In this document: positions 10,628 to 19,699 of the stretch, in pieces
Numbering within the stretch: the stretch's first letter is position 1
How the letters are laid out: each line of letters opens with the position of its first letter
Assembly (NCBI RefSeq): GCF_000020385.1
Contig: NC_010814.1
Coordinates: forward strand, 3,390,001 to 3,422,000
Direction of reading: 5' to 3'
DNA from: Trichlorobacter lovleyi SZ
GTDB lineage: Bacteria > Desulfobacterota > Desulfuromonadia > Geobacterales > Pseudopelobacteraceae
DNA length: 32,000 nt
Translations under genes and position numbers: made by a program
Notes under the pieces: generated by a model
What the model was told of the DNA's origin: nothing
Seen by the model: only the letters and a program-made list of their open reading frames with translations
Databases searched by the model: none

Positions 10628-11376
10628 TCGAACTTATCAATGTCCATAAAAGTTTTGGCAGCCAGACCGTCCTGAACGGCCTGAACCTTACCATCCCTGC
10701 CGGCAGGATCACGGCCGTGATCGGCCCCAGCGGCGAAGGCAAGAGCGTTCTGCTGAAACATATGATCGGACTACTGCAGCCGGACCGGGGTGATGTACTG
10801 GTGGACGGCACGAGCATCGTGGGGCTGCGCCGTTCACAGCTCAACCAGGTGCGTGAAAAATTTGCCATGGTGTTCCAAAACGCAGCACTGTTTGACTCCA
10901 TGACCGTCTACGAAAACGTCGCTTTCCCGCTGGAGGAGAAGACCAGTCTCAGCACAGGCGAAATAGCGGACCGGGTGGCCATAGCTTTACAAGAGGTCGG
11001 CCTGAAGAACGCCAACCACAAATACCCTGATGAGTTGTCAGGCGGCATGAAAAAGCGGGTCGGCCTGGCCAGGGCACTACTTTTGCAGCCACAGGTCGTG
11101 CTGTTTGATGAGCCGACCACCGGACTGGACCCGGTTATCCGGCGTGCCATTCACCAGCTGATCAAGGAAACCCAGCAGAAATTCGGGTTTACGGCGGTAA
11201 TTGTCTCCCATGACATACCGGACATCTTTGACGTAGCACACCATATCGCCATGCTCTACCGTGGTGAGATTCTGCAGTTTGGCACACCTGATGAGATTCA
11301 AGCCTCCGATCATCCAGTGGTGCGCCAATTTATCAGCGGCAGCCTTGACGGCCCGATCAATAGCGGAGTTGCATAA
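10624..11376 (+). CDS. mlaF: Mla/Ttg2 ABC transporter ATP-binding protein MlaF
   Basis: 250 aa with Walker A GPSGEGKS, ABC signature LSGGMKKR and Walker B VVLFDEPT. Position between mlaE and mlaD. Confidence 0.9.
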   Translation: MIELINVHKSFGSQTVLNGLNLTIPAGRITAVIGPSGEGKSVLLKHMIGLLQPDRGDVLVDGTSIVGLRRSQLNQVREKFAMVFQNAALFDSMTVYENVAFPLEEKTSLSTGEIADRVAIALQEVGLKNANHKYPDELSGGMKKRVGLARALLLQPQVVLFDEPTTGLDPVIRRAIHQLIKETQQKFGFTAVIVSHDIPDIFDVAHHIAMLYRGEILQFGTPDEIQASDHPVVRQFISGSLDGPINSGVA

Positions 11377-11379
11377 ATC

Positions 11380-11832
11380 ATGAATAGCGCAAAACTGGAA
11401 CTAATCGTCGGTATCTTCATGTTGATCGGCATCCTTTGCCTGGGATACCTCTCAATAAAACTGGGCAAGATGGAGCTGATTGGTGGCAACAACTATCGCA
11501 TTTCGGCACGTTTTGACTCGGTTTCCGGCCTGAAACCCGGTGCACGGGTTGAACTGGCCGGGGTTGAAATCGGAACCGTTGAGCGGATCGGTCTTTCCAA
11601 TGCCAGCGGGGATCAGGCTGAAGTAACCATGAAGATCAAAGACGGCATCAAGATTACCGACGATGTGATCGCCTCAGTCCGTACCAGCGGCATCATTGGC
11701 GACAAGTTTATCAAACTGAAACCGGGCGGTTCAGATCAGCTTTTGAAAAACGGCGGCAGAATTCGTGAAACCGAGTCTGCCATTGATATCGAAGAGCTGG
11801 TAAGCAAGTTCATTCACGGCAAGGTTGATTAG
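11380..11832 (+). CDS. mlaD: MCE-domain protein MlaD
   Basis: 150 aa with an N-terminal TM anchor (LIVGIFMLIGILCLGYL) followed by a single MCE domain (FDSVSGLKPGARVELAGVEIGTVERI). Starts 3 nt after the mlaF stop. Confidence 0.88.
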   Translation: MNSAKLELIVGIFMLIGILCLGYLSIKLGKMELIGGNNYRISARFDSVSGLKPGARVELAGVEIGTVERIGLSNASGDQAEVTMKIKDGIKITDDVIASVRTSGIIGDKFIKLKPGGSDQLLKNGGRIRETESAIDIEELVSKFIHGKVD

Positions 11833-11846
11833 GAGCATATCGAGAG

Positions 11847-13229
11847 ATGAAAGCGTTGGTCCGCGCAACATTAACAGCATTTTTTTTAAACGTCCTGATG
11901 GCCGGGACCACCCTGGCAGGCAGTCCCGGTCATACCACCCTGGTGCTGAATCTTGACAGCTGCATCAGCACTGCCCTGCAGGCAGCTCCCGAGATCGGTG
12001 AGGCCCAGGCTGATCTGGCATTAACCAGCAGCAAACTTGACGAGGCAAAAGCCTATCGCTACCCCCAGATCAATGTCATGTCACTTTTTGGTCCGGCACC
12101 GGGGGCCAAACGCGAGGACATCAGTCCCACAATCAATACCAACAAGAGCTTCAGCATCCGCGACCTGACCTGGTTTGCCAGCACCGATCTGGTGATTACG
12201 CAACCTCTCTGGACCTTTGGCAAAATCAGCGAGAACATGAAGGCCGCCACCCACGGTACCGAGGTAGACAAGTCAAAAAAGCAGCAAAAAGGAAACGAAG
12301 TCGCCCTTGAGGTCAAGAAGTACTACTACAGCGTACTGTTGGCCCGTGAGATGCAGACAGTTCTTGCCGAACTGCAACTCTACATGCTGCAGGGCAAAAA
12401 GAAGATTCAGGAACTGATTGACAACGAATCAGATTCCGGTGACCCGATGGACCTTTACAAGATTGATGCCTACTCAGGTGAGATAAATAAATATATGGAA
12501 GAGGCGCTAAAGGGTGAACGGCTGGCAACAGCCGCACTGAAGGCCCGCCTGGGGCTGGCCGACAACGTGGATGTCACCGTTGCCACAGAACGGCTTGAGC
12601 TGCCGGATGAGTCCCTCCCGGACTTAAACAGCGCCATTGAGAAGGCACGATTTCAGCGTCCCGAATTCAAGCAGCTTAAAGAGGGGATGGCCGCTCGTAC
12701 GGCACTGGTTGAGGCAGCCAAGGCAAACTACTATCCCGACATCTTCCTGGCCGGCATGGCATCCTGGGCCTATGCCGACAACCGAGACCGGATAAAAAAT
12801 CCCTATATCACCGACACCTTCAAGCACGCCTATGGCGGTGTGGCCCTGGGTCTGAAATGGCACCTTGATTTTGGCATCACCGCTGCCAAGGTGGCTGCCG
12901 AGCAGGCGCAGCTGAACCGGCTTGAAAGCACAAAGATGTACGCAGACAATTATATCCCGCTACAGGCCAAGAAAGCCTGGCTTGAGATGCAGGAAGCCCA
13001 GAAGAATGTCTCCATTACCCAGAATGCCTACCAGAGCGCCAAAAAATGGGGAGCGGCAGCGCTGGCCAATTTTGATTTCGGCATCGGTAATCCCCGTGAC
13101 GTGTTTGATGCTGTTGGCATCTATGGCAAGATGAAAGCTGCCCACTACCAGTCTATCTTTGACTACAAGATGGCCAAGGCAAACCTCGAATATGCCCTGG
13201 GTGACCACCAGACAATTTCCCCCAAATAA
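11847..13229 (+). CDS. TolC/OEP-family outer-membrane factor
   Basis: 460 aa with a signal peptide (…LMAGTTLAGS). The LDSCISTALQAAPEIGEAQADLALTSSKLDEAKAYRYPQI opening is typical of OEP repeats, and a second repeat starts around LNSAIEKARFQRPEFKQLK. AGGAG SD is present. Confidence 0.85.
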   Translation: MKALVRATLTAFFLNVLMAGTTLAGSPGHTTLVLNLDSCISTALQAAPEIGEAQADLALTSSKLDEAKAYRYPQINVMSLFGPAPGAKREDISPTINTNKSFSIRDLTWFASTDLVITQPLWTFGKISENMKAATHGTEVDKSKKQQKGNEVALEVKKYYYSVLLAREMQTVLAELQLYMLQGKKKIQELIDNESDSGDPMDLYKIDAYSGEINKYMEEALKGERLATAALKARLGLADNVDVTVATERLELPDESLPDLNSAIEKARFQRPEFKQLKEGMAARTALVEAAKANYYPDIFLAGMASWAYADNRDRIKNPYITDTFKHAYGGVALGLKWHLDFGITAAKVAAEQAQLNRLESTKMYADNYIPLQAKKAWLEMQEAQKNVSITQNAYQSAKKWGAAALANFDFGIGNPRDVFDAVGIYGKMKAAHYQSIFDYKMAKANLEYALGDHQTISPK

Positions 13230-13255
13230 CCTTACGGCCCACAAGGAGTCTGATT

Positions 13256-13852
13256 ATGCTAAAACGTGTTGTGCTGTTTACTGCCGTCTGCCTGCTGGCT
13301 GCCGCCACCGCATTTGCCACGGTTACCGACACTGTAAAAAAGACCGTTGACGATGTCATCCATATCGTGAGCGACAAGGAGTTAAAGAAGAAAAGCAACG
13401 AGCAGCGACGTCGGGCAGCAATCAAACGATCGATTGCCACAATTTTTGACAGCCAGGAAATGGCTAAACGCAGCCTGGGCAAGCACTGGAATCAGCGGAC
13501 ACCCGCTGAGCGCAAGCAGTTTGTTGACCTGTTTGCCACCCTGCTTGAAAACTCCTATGCCGGCAAGATTGAGTCCTACAACAACGAAAAGATTGTCTAT
13601 ACCAAGGAGACCCTTGACGGGGAGTATGCCGAGGTAAAATCAAAGGTCATCACCCCCAAACAGGATGAGTACACCCTTGATTACCGCCTTATGAAAAAAG
13701 ACAACGGCACCTGGATGGTGTATGACGTGGTCATTGAAGGAGTCAGCCTGGTATCCAACTATCGCACCCAGTTTAACAAGATCATTTCCACAAACGGCTA
13801 CCCTGAACTGGTCAAAAAGCTTCAGGCCAAGAGCAATGAACTCAAAATGTAA
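13256..13852 (+). CDS. mlaC: Periplasmic lipid-binding protein MlaC/Ttg2D family
   Basis: 198 aa with a signal peptide and the MlaC-family blocks FDSQEMAKRSLGKHWNQRTPAERKQFVDLFATLLENSYA and WMVYDVVIEGVSLVSNYRTQF. AAGGAG SD is present. Confidence 0.86.
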   Translation: MLKRVVLFTAVCLLAAATAFATVTDTVKKTVDDVIHIVSDKELKKKSNEQRRRAAIKRSIATIFDSQEMAKRSLGKHWNQRTPAERKQFVDLFATLLENSYAGKIESYNNEKIVYTKETLDGEYAEVKSKVITPKQDEYTLDYRLMKKDNGTWMVYDVVIEGVSLVSNYRTQFNKIISTNGYPELVKKLQAKSNELKM

Positions 13853-13866
13853 CCACTTCATTTATC

Positions 13867-13895
13867 TTGACAGACCTTTTGCACTGTGTTACAGG
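13867..13895 (+). promoter_or_regulatory. Possible promoter of the cold-shock gene
   Basis: Perfect -35 TTGACA (13867-13872), a 17-nt spacer ending in TGt (extended -10 type), then the weak hexamer TACAGG (13890-13895). This would give a ~145-nt leader. Confidence 0.3.
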
Positions 13896-14047
13896 GACGC
13901 AGCGATAAGTTTCGGACGTGACAGCAGTACTCACGAAGCACCCGCTGGATTGGCCTTGCTTGGCGACACTCCTGCAACAGCTCCGGAAACTTAGAGAACT
14001 TTTTTGATCCGGCGCTGTCCGGCAACACACGAAGGAGGAAGTAAAAG

Positions 14048-14251
14048 ATGGCTCAAGGCAAGGTCAAGTGGTTTAACGACACCAAGGGGTTTGGCTTTAT
14101 CGAGCAAGAAGGTGGCGAGGATGTTTTCGCACACTTTTCTGCGATTCAAAGCGAGGGCTTCAAGTCCCTGGCAGAGGGTGAGTCTGTAAGTTTTGACATT
14201 GTTCAGGGCCCGAAAGGTCTGCAGGCCGCAAACATTGTTAAACTGAAGTAA
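14048..14251 (+). CDS. CspA-family cold-shock protein
   Basis: 67 aa: [34 protein letters not shown], with RNP1 (KGFGFI) and RNP2 (VFAHF). Strong GAAGGAGG SD. Confidence 0.96.
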   Translation: MAQGKVKWFNDTKGFGFIEQEGGEDVFAHFSAIQSEGFKSLAEGESVSFDIVQGPKGLQAANIVKLK

Positions 14252-14272
14252 ATTCCAGACACAAACCAACCG

Positions 14273-14311
14273 GAACGGCCCGTTGAGCATTCAACGGGCC
14301 GTTCTTTTTTT
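14273..14311 (+). terminator. Rho-independent terminator of csp (potentially bidirectional)
   Basis: Perfect 14-bp stem GAACGGCCCGTTGA (14273-14286) / TCAACGGGCCGTTC (14291-14304) with a GCAT loop, followed by T7 (14305-14311). The right arm and T-run are also the last codons of the convergent ygiQ. Confidence 0.85.
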
Positions 14312-16114
14312 CTGCGGACCTTTTCTCTGTTGGTGGTGTTGCCGCTCACCGGATTGCTGCCCTTCATCAAGCAGCTTGAGCAAGTCGGCCCGTCCCAGTT
14401 CCTTTAACAGCTTAACCACGCGTTGTCGTTCTTCCGGCAGATGCCAGAGCAGGATTGATTTCTGCAAAATCTTTTCACGATCAGTTCTGGCAACAAAGAC
14501 CGGCTTACCACTGTCCGGATCCATGCCGGTATAATACATACAGGTGGCAGCAGTCCCCGGAGTAGGGGTAAACTCCTGCACCTGCTCAACCTTGAGTTTC
14601 AAACGCTGCAACTCCTTCAGTAGCAGCACCATCTCATCCACACGGCAACCCGGGTGGCCTGACATCAGATACGGTACCACCGTCTGAACTTTACCTGCCT
14701 TGCGGCTTTCGTCCCTGAAACGCTCAAGAAACCGGATAAAGGCAGCCTTGCCCGGCTTGCGCATCAGCATGGTAACCTGATCCACCAGATGTTCCGGCGC
14801 CACCTTCAAAAGACCACCCACATGCTGTTCAATCAACGTCTTGCAATAGTCAGGCTGCAGCTCCAGCAGGTCATTCCGAATTCCGGAGGTAACGGTCAGG
14901 GTCCGCACCCCGGCTGAGCCGGATGCCTTGCCTAGTAATTGCACTGCCGAACGATCATCAGCCTTCAGACTTGGACAGGGCCTGGGATGCAGACAACTGG
15001 GCCGCCTGCAACGATGTCCGCCATCTGGCGCACCACAGCCGGTACCGTACATATTGGCTGTCGGACCGCCCAGATCGCTGATCGTGCCACGAAACCAGGG
15101 CTTTTTGACCAACAGTTGCAGTTCAGCACTCACTGAGGCCATGGAGCGTGATTGGATGAATTTACCCTGATGTGAGCTGATGGCGCAAAAGGAACAACCA
15201 CCATAGCACCCCCGATGGCTGGTCAGCGATGTCTTAATCTGCTCAAAGGCCGGAATAGTCTCACGATAGGACGGATGTGGCTCACGACTGAAGGGCAGGG
15301 CATAGACGGCATCAAGCTCTGCGGTTACCAGGGGTAGCGCGGGCGGATTACAGACCACAAGACGTTCAGCATGGCCCTGCACCAAAGCTTTAGCACAATA
15401 GGGGTTCTGCTCATGCTCCGCCTGACGAAATGCCTCCAGGTATGTCTCTTTAGAGCTGCCAACCTGCTCAAAAGAAGGAAGCAGTACTGCATCTTCAGGA
15501 GGTTGTCTGGTAATAAAGGCCGTGCCACGCAGGTCTCGAATCTGCTCAAGCGCTTCTCCGGCCTTCATCCGTCTGGCAAGTTCAAGCAGTGATTGTTCAG
15601 CCATGCCATACACCAGCAGGTCGGCCTTGGCATCCAGCAGAATTGAACGCCGCACCTTGTCGTCCCAGTAGTCATAATGGGCAAGACGACGGAGTGACGC
15701 CTCATTACCACCCAGCACCACCGGCACATCCCGGTATGCCTCCTTAAGGCGGGAGGTATAGATCAATGCTGCACGGTTGGGGCGAGCACCATGCTTGCCG
15801 CCCGGTGTGTAGGCATCATCATGACGCAGTTTTTTTCGAGGCGTATAATGTGCCACCATCGAATCCATGGCGCCTGCCGACACGCCAAAGAACAGGCGGG
15901 GGCGCCCCAGGGCCATGAACGCCTCTTTGGAGCGCCAGTCAGGCTGCGCAATGATGCCAACCCTGAAGCCATGCGCCTCCAGCCAGCGCCCCAGAAGAGG
16001 CACACCAAAGGCCGGGTGGTCAATATAGGCATCGCCGGTTACCAGAATGATGTCCAGCTCATGCCAGCCCCGACCACGGGCCTCATCAAGAGTTATAGGC
16101 AGATGACGGCTCAC
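14291..16114 (-). CDS. ygiQ: YgiQ-family (UPF0313) radical SAM protein
   Basis: 607 aa. The N-terminal [17 protein letters not shown] matches the E. coli YgiQ opening as I recall it. Radical-SAM cluster motif [11 protein letters not shown] start 16114..16112 overlaps the argC stop (GTGA). Basic Q/K/R-rich C-terminal tail. Confidence 0.85.
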   Translation of the reverse strand: MSRHLPITLDEARGRGWHELDIILVTGDAYIDHPAFGVPLLGRWLEAHGFRVGIIAQPDWRSKEAFMALGRPRLFFGVSAGAMDSMVAHYTPRKKLRHDDAYTPGGKHGARPNRAALIYTSRLKEAYRDVPVVLGGNEASLRRLAHYDYWDDKVRRSILLDAKADLLVYGMAEQSLLELARRMKAGEALEQIRDLRGTAFITRQPPEDAVLLPSFEQVGSSKETYLEAFRQAEHEQNPYCAKALVQGHAERLVVCNPPALPLVTAELDAVYALPFSREPHPSYRETIPAFEQIKTSLTSHRGCYGGCSFCAISSHQGKFIQSRSMASVSAELQLLVKKPWFRGTISDLGGPTANMYGTGCGAPDGGHRCRRPSCLHPRPCPSLKADDRSAVQLLGKASGSAGVRTLTVTSGIRNDLLELQPDYCKTLIEQHVGGLLKVAPEHLVDQVTMLMRKPGKAAFIRFLERFRDESRKAGKVQTVVPYLMSGHPGCRVDEMVLLLKELQRLKLKVEQVQEFTPTPGTAATCMYYTGMDPDSGKPVFVARTDREKILQKSILLWHLPEERQRVVKLLKELGRADLLKLLDEGQQSGERQHHQQRKGPQKKRTAR

Positions 16115-17151
16115 GGGAAGATCGCAAGCCCTTCCAGACCGCTGGTTTCCGGGAAACCGCAGATCAGATTCATGTTCTGGATTGCTTGCCCGGATGCCCC
16201 CTTGACCAGGTTGTCAATGGCTGAGACCACCACAATCCGGTTGGTTCGGCTATCCAGAGTTATGCCAATATCACAGAAGTTTGATCCCCGCACAAAGGCA
16301 GTGGAAGGAAACTGCCCCTTGGGTAGCGGACGCACAAACGGTTCATCCTTGTAGGTATCAGCATAGAGCGACACCAGTTCTTCGGTCGTCACCGGCCTGT
16401 TGGGGGTGGCATAGATGGTAGAGAGTATCCCACGATCCATCGGCACCAGATGTGGGGTGAAAGTAATGGTGACCGGCTGCCCTGCCAGCTCCGACAGCTC
16501 CTGTTCAATCTCGGGGGTATGGCGGTGCGCGCCACCCACACCATAGGCCTTGAAGGAGTCATTAACCTCACAGTAGAGCGAATCCACCTTGGCACTCCGG
16601 CCGGCGCCACTGGTGCCGGATTTGGAATCGGCAATAATAGCGGTGATATCGATCAGGGCATTTTCCAGCAACGGCTTCAGGCCCAGGATCACACTGGTGG
16701 GATAGCAGCCGGGATTCGCCACCAGCCGCGCCTTCCTGATGGTCTCACGACGTAGCTCGGGCAGACCGAAGACCGCCTCAGGCAGCAGTTCCGGGTTCAG
16801 GTGCGGCTCATACCATGCACCGTAGACCGCTGGATCATGCAGCCGGTAATCGGCCGAAAGATCAACCACCTTCTTACCTGCTGCCAGAAAGTCAGGCACC
16901 ACCTTCATGGCAGCCTGGTGCGGCAGGGCGGTAAAGATCAGATCAGCCCTGGCAGCAATAGCGGACGGATTCAATGGCTCCAGAACCAGATCACAACGTC
17001 CCCGCAGGGTCGGAAAGATATCAGAGATCCGTTTACCGGCACTCTGCTCAGAGGTAACGCAACTGATTACCACCCCAGGATGACGATCAAGCAGACGGAT
17101 CAGCTCAAGGCCGGTGTATCCACTGGCTCCGACAATCGCAACATTCAGCAT
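16111..17151 (-). CDS. argC: N-acetyl-gamma-glutamyl-phosphate reductase
   Basis: The track ORF is trimmed to ATG 17151..17149, giving [21 protein letters not shown] (Rossmann fold). Active-site block NPGCYPTS. 346 aa. Starts 4 nt after the upstream gene's stop. Confidence 0.93.
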   Translation of the reverse strand: MLNVAIVGASGYTGLELIRLLDRHPGVVISCVTSEQSAGKRISDIFPTLRGRCDLVLEPLNPSAIAARADLIFTALPHQAAMKVVPDFLAAGKKVVDLSADYRLHDPAVYGAWYEPHLNPELLPEAVFGLPELRRETIRKARLVANPGCYPTSVILGLKPLLENALIDITAIIADSKSGTSGAGRSAKVDSLYCEVNDSFKAYGVGGAHRHTPEIEQELSELAGQPVTITFTPHLVPMDRGILSTIYATPNRPVTTEELVSLYADTYKDEPFVRPLPKGQFPSTAFVRGSNFCDIGITLDSRTNRIVVVSAIDNLVKGASGQAIQNMNLICGFPETSGLEGLAIFP

Positions 17152-17155
17152 GGCA

Positions 17156-18241
17156 CTAATCTCCCTGTTCAGAAACATGTGATGCCTCAGCAACGGGCAC
17201 CGGTTCAATCACATACAGCTCATACAGGATGGCCAGCAGTAACGGACCAAAGATGGCCCCCAACACGCCAAAGGCTGCCAGCCCACCCAGTGCACCGATC
17301 ATAATCGGCAGGATCGGCAGAGTGACCCGGCTACTCATAAAGATCGGCTTAACCACATTATCCGACATACCTACAGCAAGAAAGCCCCACAGAATCATAA
17401 TAACCGCCTTGACCGCTGACCCCTGCAGATAGAGGTACAACGCCGCAGGCAACCAGATCAGGGCGGTACCCACCACGGGAATCAGTCCGCCAATGGCAGT
17501 CAGTACAGCCAGCAACAGCGGCGAAGGAACACCGAACAGCAGATAGGCAGCCCCGGCCAAGATCCCCTGCACCAGACAGGTCAACAGGGTGCCAAAGATA
17601 AACCCGGACAGCACATCCCTGACCACCTGGGACAGCTTTTCCTGCAGACTCTCCTCAAGCGGCAGCATCCTGTTCAACCAGAGCAGCACTCGTTCTCCGT
17701 CAAGATAGACAAAAAACAGGATAAACAGCATGAAGACCATATCCATTAGAAAGCTGAACGAATTGGCCAGGAGAGAAGTCAGAAAACCGAGCAGCTTTGC
17801 CAATCCCTCTTTTGAGTTGGCCATGACGCTGTCAGTCAGACTGAAGCTGCTACCGCCGACCAGCGTCTTGAATTTATCCACATAGGGCGCCCATTGAGGT
17901 TGTCCAGCCCACTGCTGAAGCAGCTTTTCTGCACCACCACTACTCACGGAGCTGCTGACAAACTGATAGGCCTGGGCAACCTCCTGCGCCAGTACGGAGA
18001 CCAGACTGACGACCGGCAAGACAAAGACCAGCATCACTGCCAGGGTCATCAGGGCTGCAGACCAGGCCTCCCGCTGCTTCAAGAGATCGAGCAGACGAAG
18101 GTACGCAGGATAGGTGATGATACCGATAATCAAGGCCCAGGCGATCGGCGCCAGAAACGGCAGGAAGATCTTGCCCAACAGATAGACACCAAGCAGGATC
18201 AAGGTAAAGACAAGCAATGTCTTCAACAGGGTACGGTCCAT
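17156..18241 (-). CDS. AI-2E family transporter (PerM/YhhT-like permease)
   Basis: 361 aa, ~8 TM segments, with the characteristic C-terminal core [24 protein letters not shown]...[19 protein letters not shown]. Confidence 0.84.
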   Translation of the reverse strand: MDRTLLKTLLVFTLILLGVYLLGKIFLPFLAPIAWALIIGIITYPAYLRLLDLLKQREAWSAALMTLAVMLVFVLPVVSLVSVLAQEVAQAYQFVSSSVSSGGAEKLLQQWAGQPQWAPYVDKFKTLVGGSSFSLTDSVMANSKEGLAKLLGFLTSLLANSFSFLMDMVFMLFILFFVYLDGERVLLWLNRMLPLEESLQEKLSQVVRDVLSGFIFGTLLTCLVQGILAGAAYLLFGVPSPLLLAVLTAIGGLIPVVGTALIWLPAALYLYLQGSAVKAVIMILWGFLAVGMSDNVVKPIFMSSRVTLPILPIMIGALGGLAAFGVLGAIFGPLLLAILYELYVIEPVPVAEASHVSEQGD

Positions 18242-18267
18242 GGTGACCTCTCAGACAGGTGCAATAC

Positions 18268-18298
18268 AAAAGGGGAAGACCCTTGCGGATCTCCCCCC
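18268..18298 (-). terminator. Rho-independent terminator after rpsI
   Basis: Minus-strand RNA GGGGAGAUCC-GCAA-GGGUCUUCCCC forms a ~10-bp stem with one bulged U and a GNRA loop, followed by UUUU (18271..18268). Confidence 0.65.
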
Positions 18299-18335
18299 GT
18301 GTAGCACACTTTGCAGTGTATGACCAGTATCCGGA

Positions 18336-18728
18336 TTAACGCTTGGAGAACTGGAAGCGGGCGCGGGCTGCCTTGCGACCGTACTTCTTACGCTCCTTGA
18401 CCCGTGAATCGCGGGTAATGAAACCGGCCTTTTTCAGGTTGGCACGCAGTTCCGGATCTGCCTCAAGCAGTGCCTTGGTAATGCCATGCTTGATGGCACC
18501 GGCCTGACCGGAGTCTCCGCCACCGCAGACATTGACAAAAACATCAAACTTGCCGACATTTTCAGTCAGTTCCAAAGGTTGACGAACAACCATTTTTGAG
18601 GTCTCACGACCAAAGTACTCGTCAAGGGTCTTATTGTTAACCACGATGCGACCAGCGCCGGGCTTAAGCCACACGCGGGCTACGGAACTCTTTCTTTTAC
18701 CTGTGCCGTAGAAGCTGACTGCTGCCAT
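18336..18728 (-). CDS. rpsI: 30S ribosomal protein S9
   Basis: 130 aa with [36 protein letters not shown] and the C-terminal [16 protein letters not shown]. Confidence 0.97.
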   Translation of the reverse strand: MAAVSFYGTGKRKSSVARVWLKPGAGRIVVNNKTLDEYFGRETSKMVVRQPLELTENVGKFDVFVNVCGGGDSGQAGAIKHGITKALLEADPELRANLKKAGFITRDSRVKERKKYGRKAARARFQFSKR

Positions 18729-18771
18729 AACTTTATCTCCTCAAATGTAAAACGTGTATAATCTGAAACGG

Positions 18772-19200
18772 TTACAGAGACAGCTGAGCAGGCTGCTGCG
18801 CCTCATGGGGGTGAGCGCCGCCACTGTACACCTTGAGCTTCTTCAGCATGTGACGGGCCAGCTTGTTCTTCGGTAACATACCCTTGACAGCCTTACGGAT
18901 TAACTCCTCAGGCTTCTTTGAGAGCATCGCAGCAGCAGTAGAAGACTTGATTCCACCCGGAAAACCACTGTGGCTGTAGTAAACCTTGTCAGCCATCTTG
19001 TTACCGGTCAGTGCGATCTTCTCAGCATTCACAATCACAACAAAATCGCCGGTATCAACACTGGGTGTGTACATCGGCTTATGCTTGCCCCGCAGCACGT
19101 TGGCGACCTGGGTTGCCAGACGGCCAAGCACGACGTTTTCAGCATCCACCACAAACCACTGGTGGTTGACAGTCTCTTTTTTTGCTACTTCTGTTCTCAT
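18772..19200 (-). CDS. rplM: 50S ribosomal protein L13
   Basis: The track ORF is trimmed to ATG 19200, giving [46 protein letters not shown] (typical L13 opening) and 142 aa. GAGG SD lies upstream. Confidence 0.95.
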   Translation of the reverse strand: MRTEVAKKETVNHQWFVVDAENVVLGRLATQVANVLRGKHKPMYTPSVDTGDFVVIVNAEKIALTGNKMADKVYYSHSGFPGGIKSSTAAAMLSKKPEELIRKAVKGMLPKNKLARHMLKKLKVYSGGAHPHEAQQPAQLSL

Positions 19201-19270
19201 TACGAACCTCACACCGGTCTCGGCGGGATTTCACCAGCCGTAGCACCGCCTTAGTTTTACGAAGAGGTGT

Positions 19271-19299
19271 ACCATACGTGAGCCCCCAAGGGCTGTCAA
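19271..19299 (-). promoter_or_regulatory. Putative sigma70 promoter of rplM-rpsI
   Basis: On the minus strand: TTGACA (19299..19294), a 17-nt spacer, then TATGGT (19276..19271). An A/T run (AAAAAAATTT) immediately upstream resembles an UP element. Confidence 0.5.
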
Positions 19300-19399
19300 G
19301 CAAATTTTTTTACCCCCACCCCGAACGGAGTTGCCAGCTGACCGGAATATGTGGTAGAGAAGCAGTGCTTTTACCATCGTTTTTACAAGGAATCAACCG

Positions 19400-19687
19400 A
19401 TGAGTATCAATCAGCACGAGATAGAACATGTGGCAAAACTTGCCCGGCTTACGCTGCGGGATGATGAAAAACAGCTCTTCACCGGCCAGATGGAGGCGAT
19501 CCTGGCCTATGTTGAGACCCTGAACGAGCTGAATACCGACGACATAGCCCCCACCTCCCATGCCGTACCGATGGAGAACGCCTTCCGTCCAGACTGCGTG
19601 GCCCCGTCCATTGGCCACGACCGCGCCCTGGCCAATGCCCCTGACAAGAACGAGACCTACTTCCGGGTCCCCCCGGTCATAGAATAG
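19400..19687 (+). CDS. gatC: Asp/Glu-tRNA(Asn/Gln) amidotransferase subunit C
   Basis: 95 aa. MSINQHEIEHVAKLARLTLRDDEKQLFTGQMEAILAYVETLNELNTDDIAPTSH is a classic GatC sequence. Confidence 0.93.
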   Translation: MSINQHEIEHVAKLARLTLRDDEKQLFTGQMEAILAYVETLNELNTDDIAPTSHAVPMENAFRPDCVAPSIGHDRALANAPDKNETYFRVPPVIE

Positions 19688-19699
19688 AAGAGCATACCC

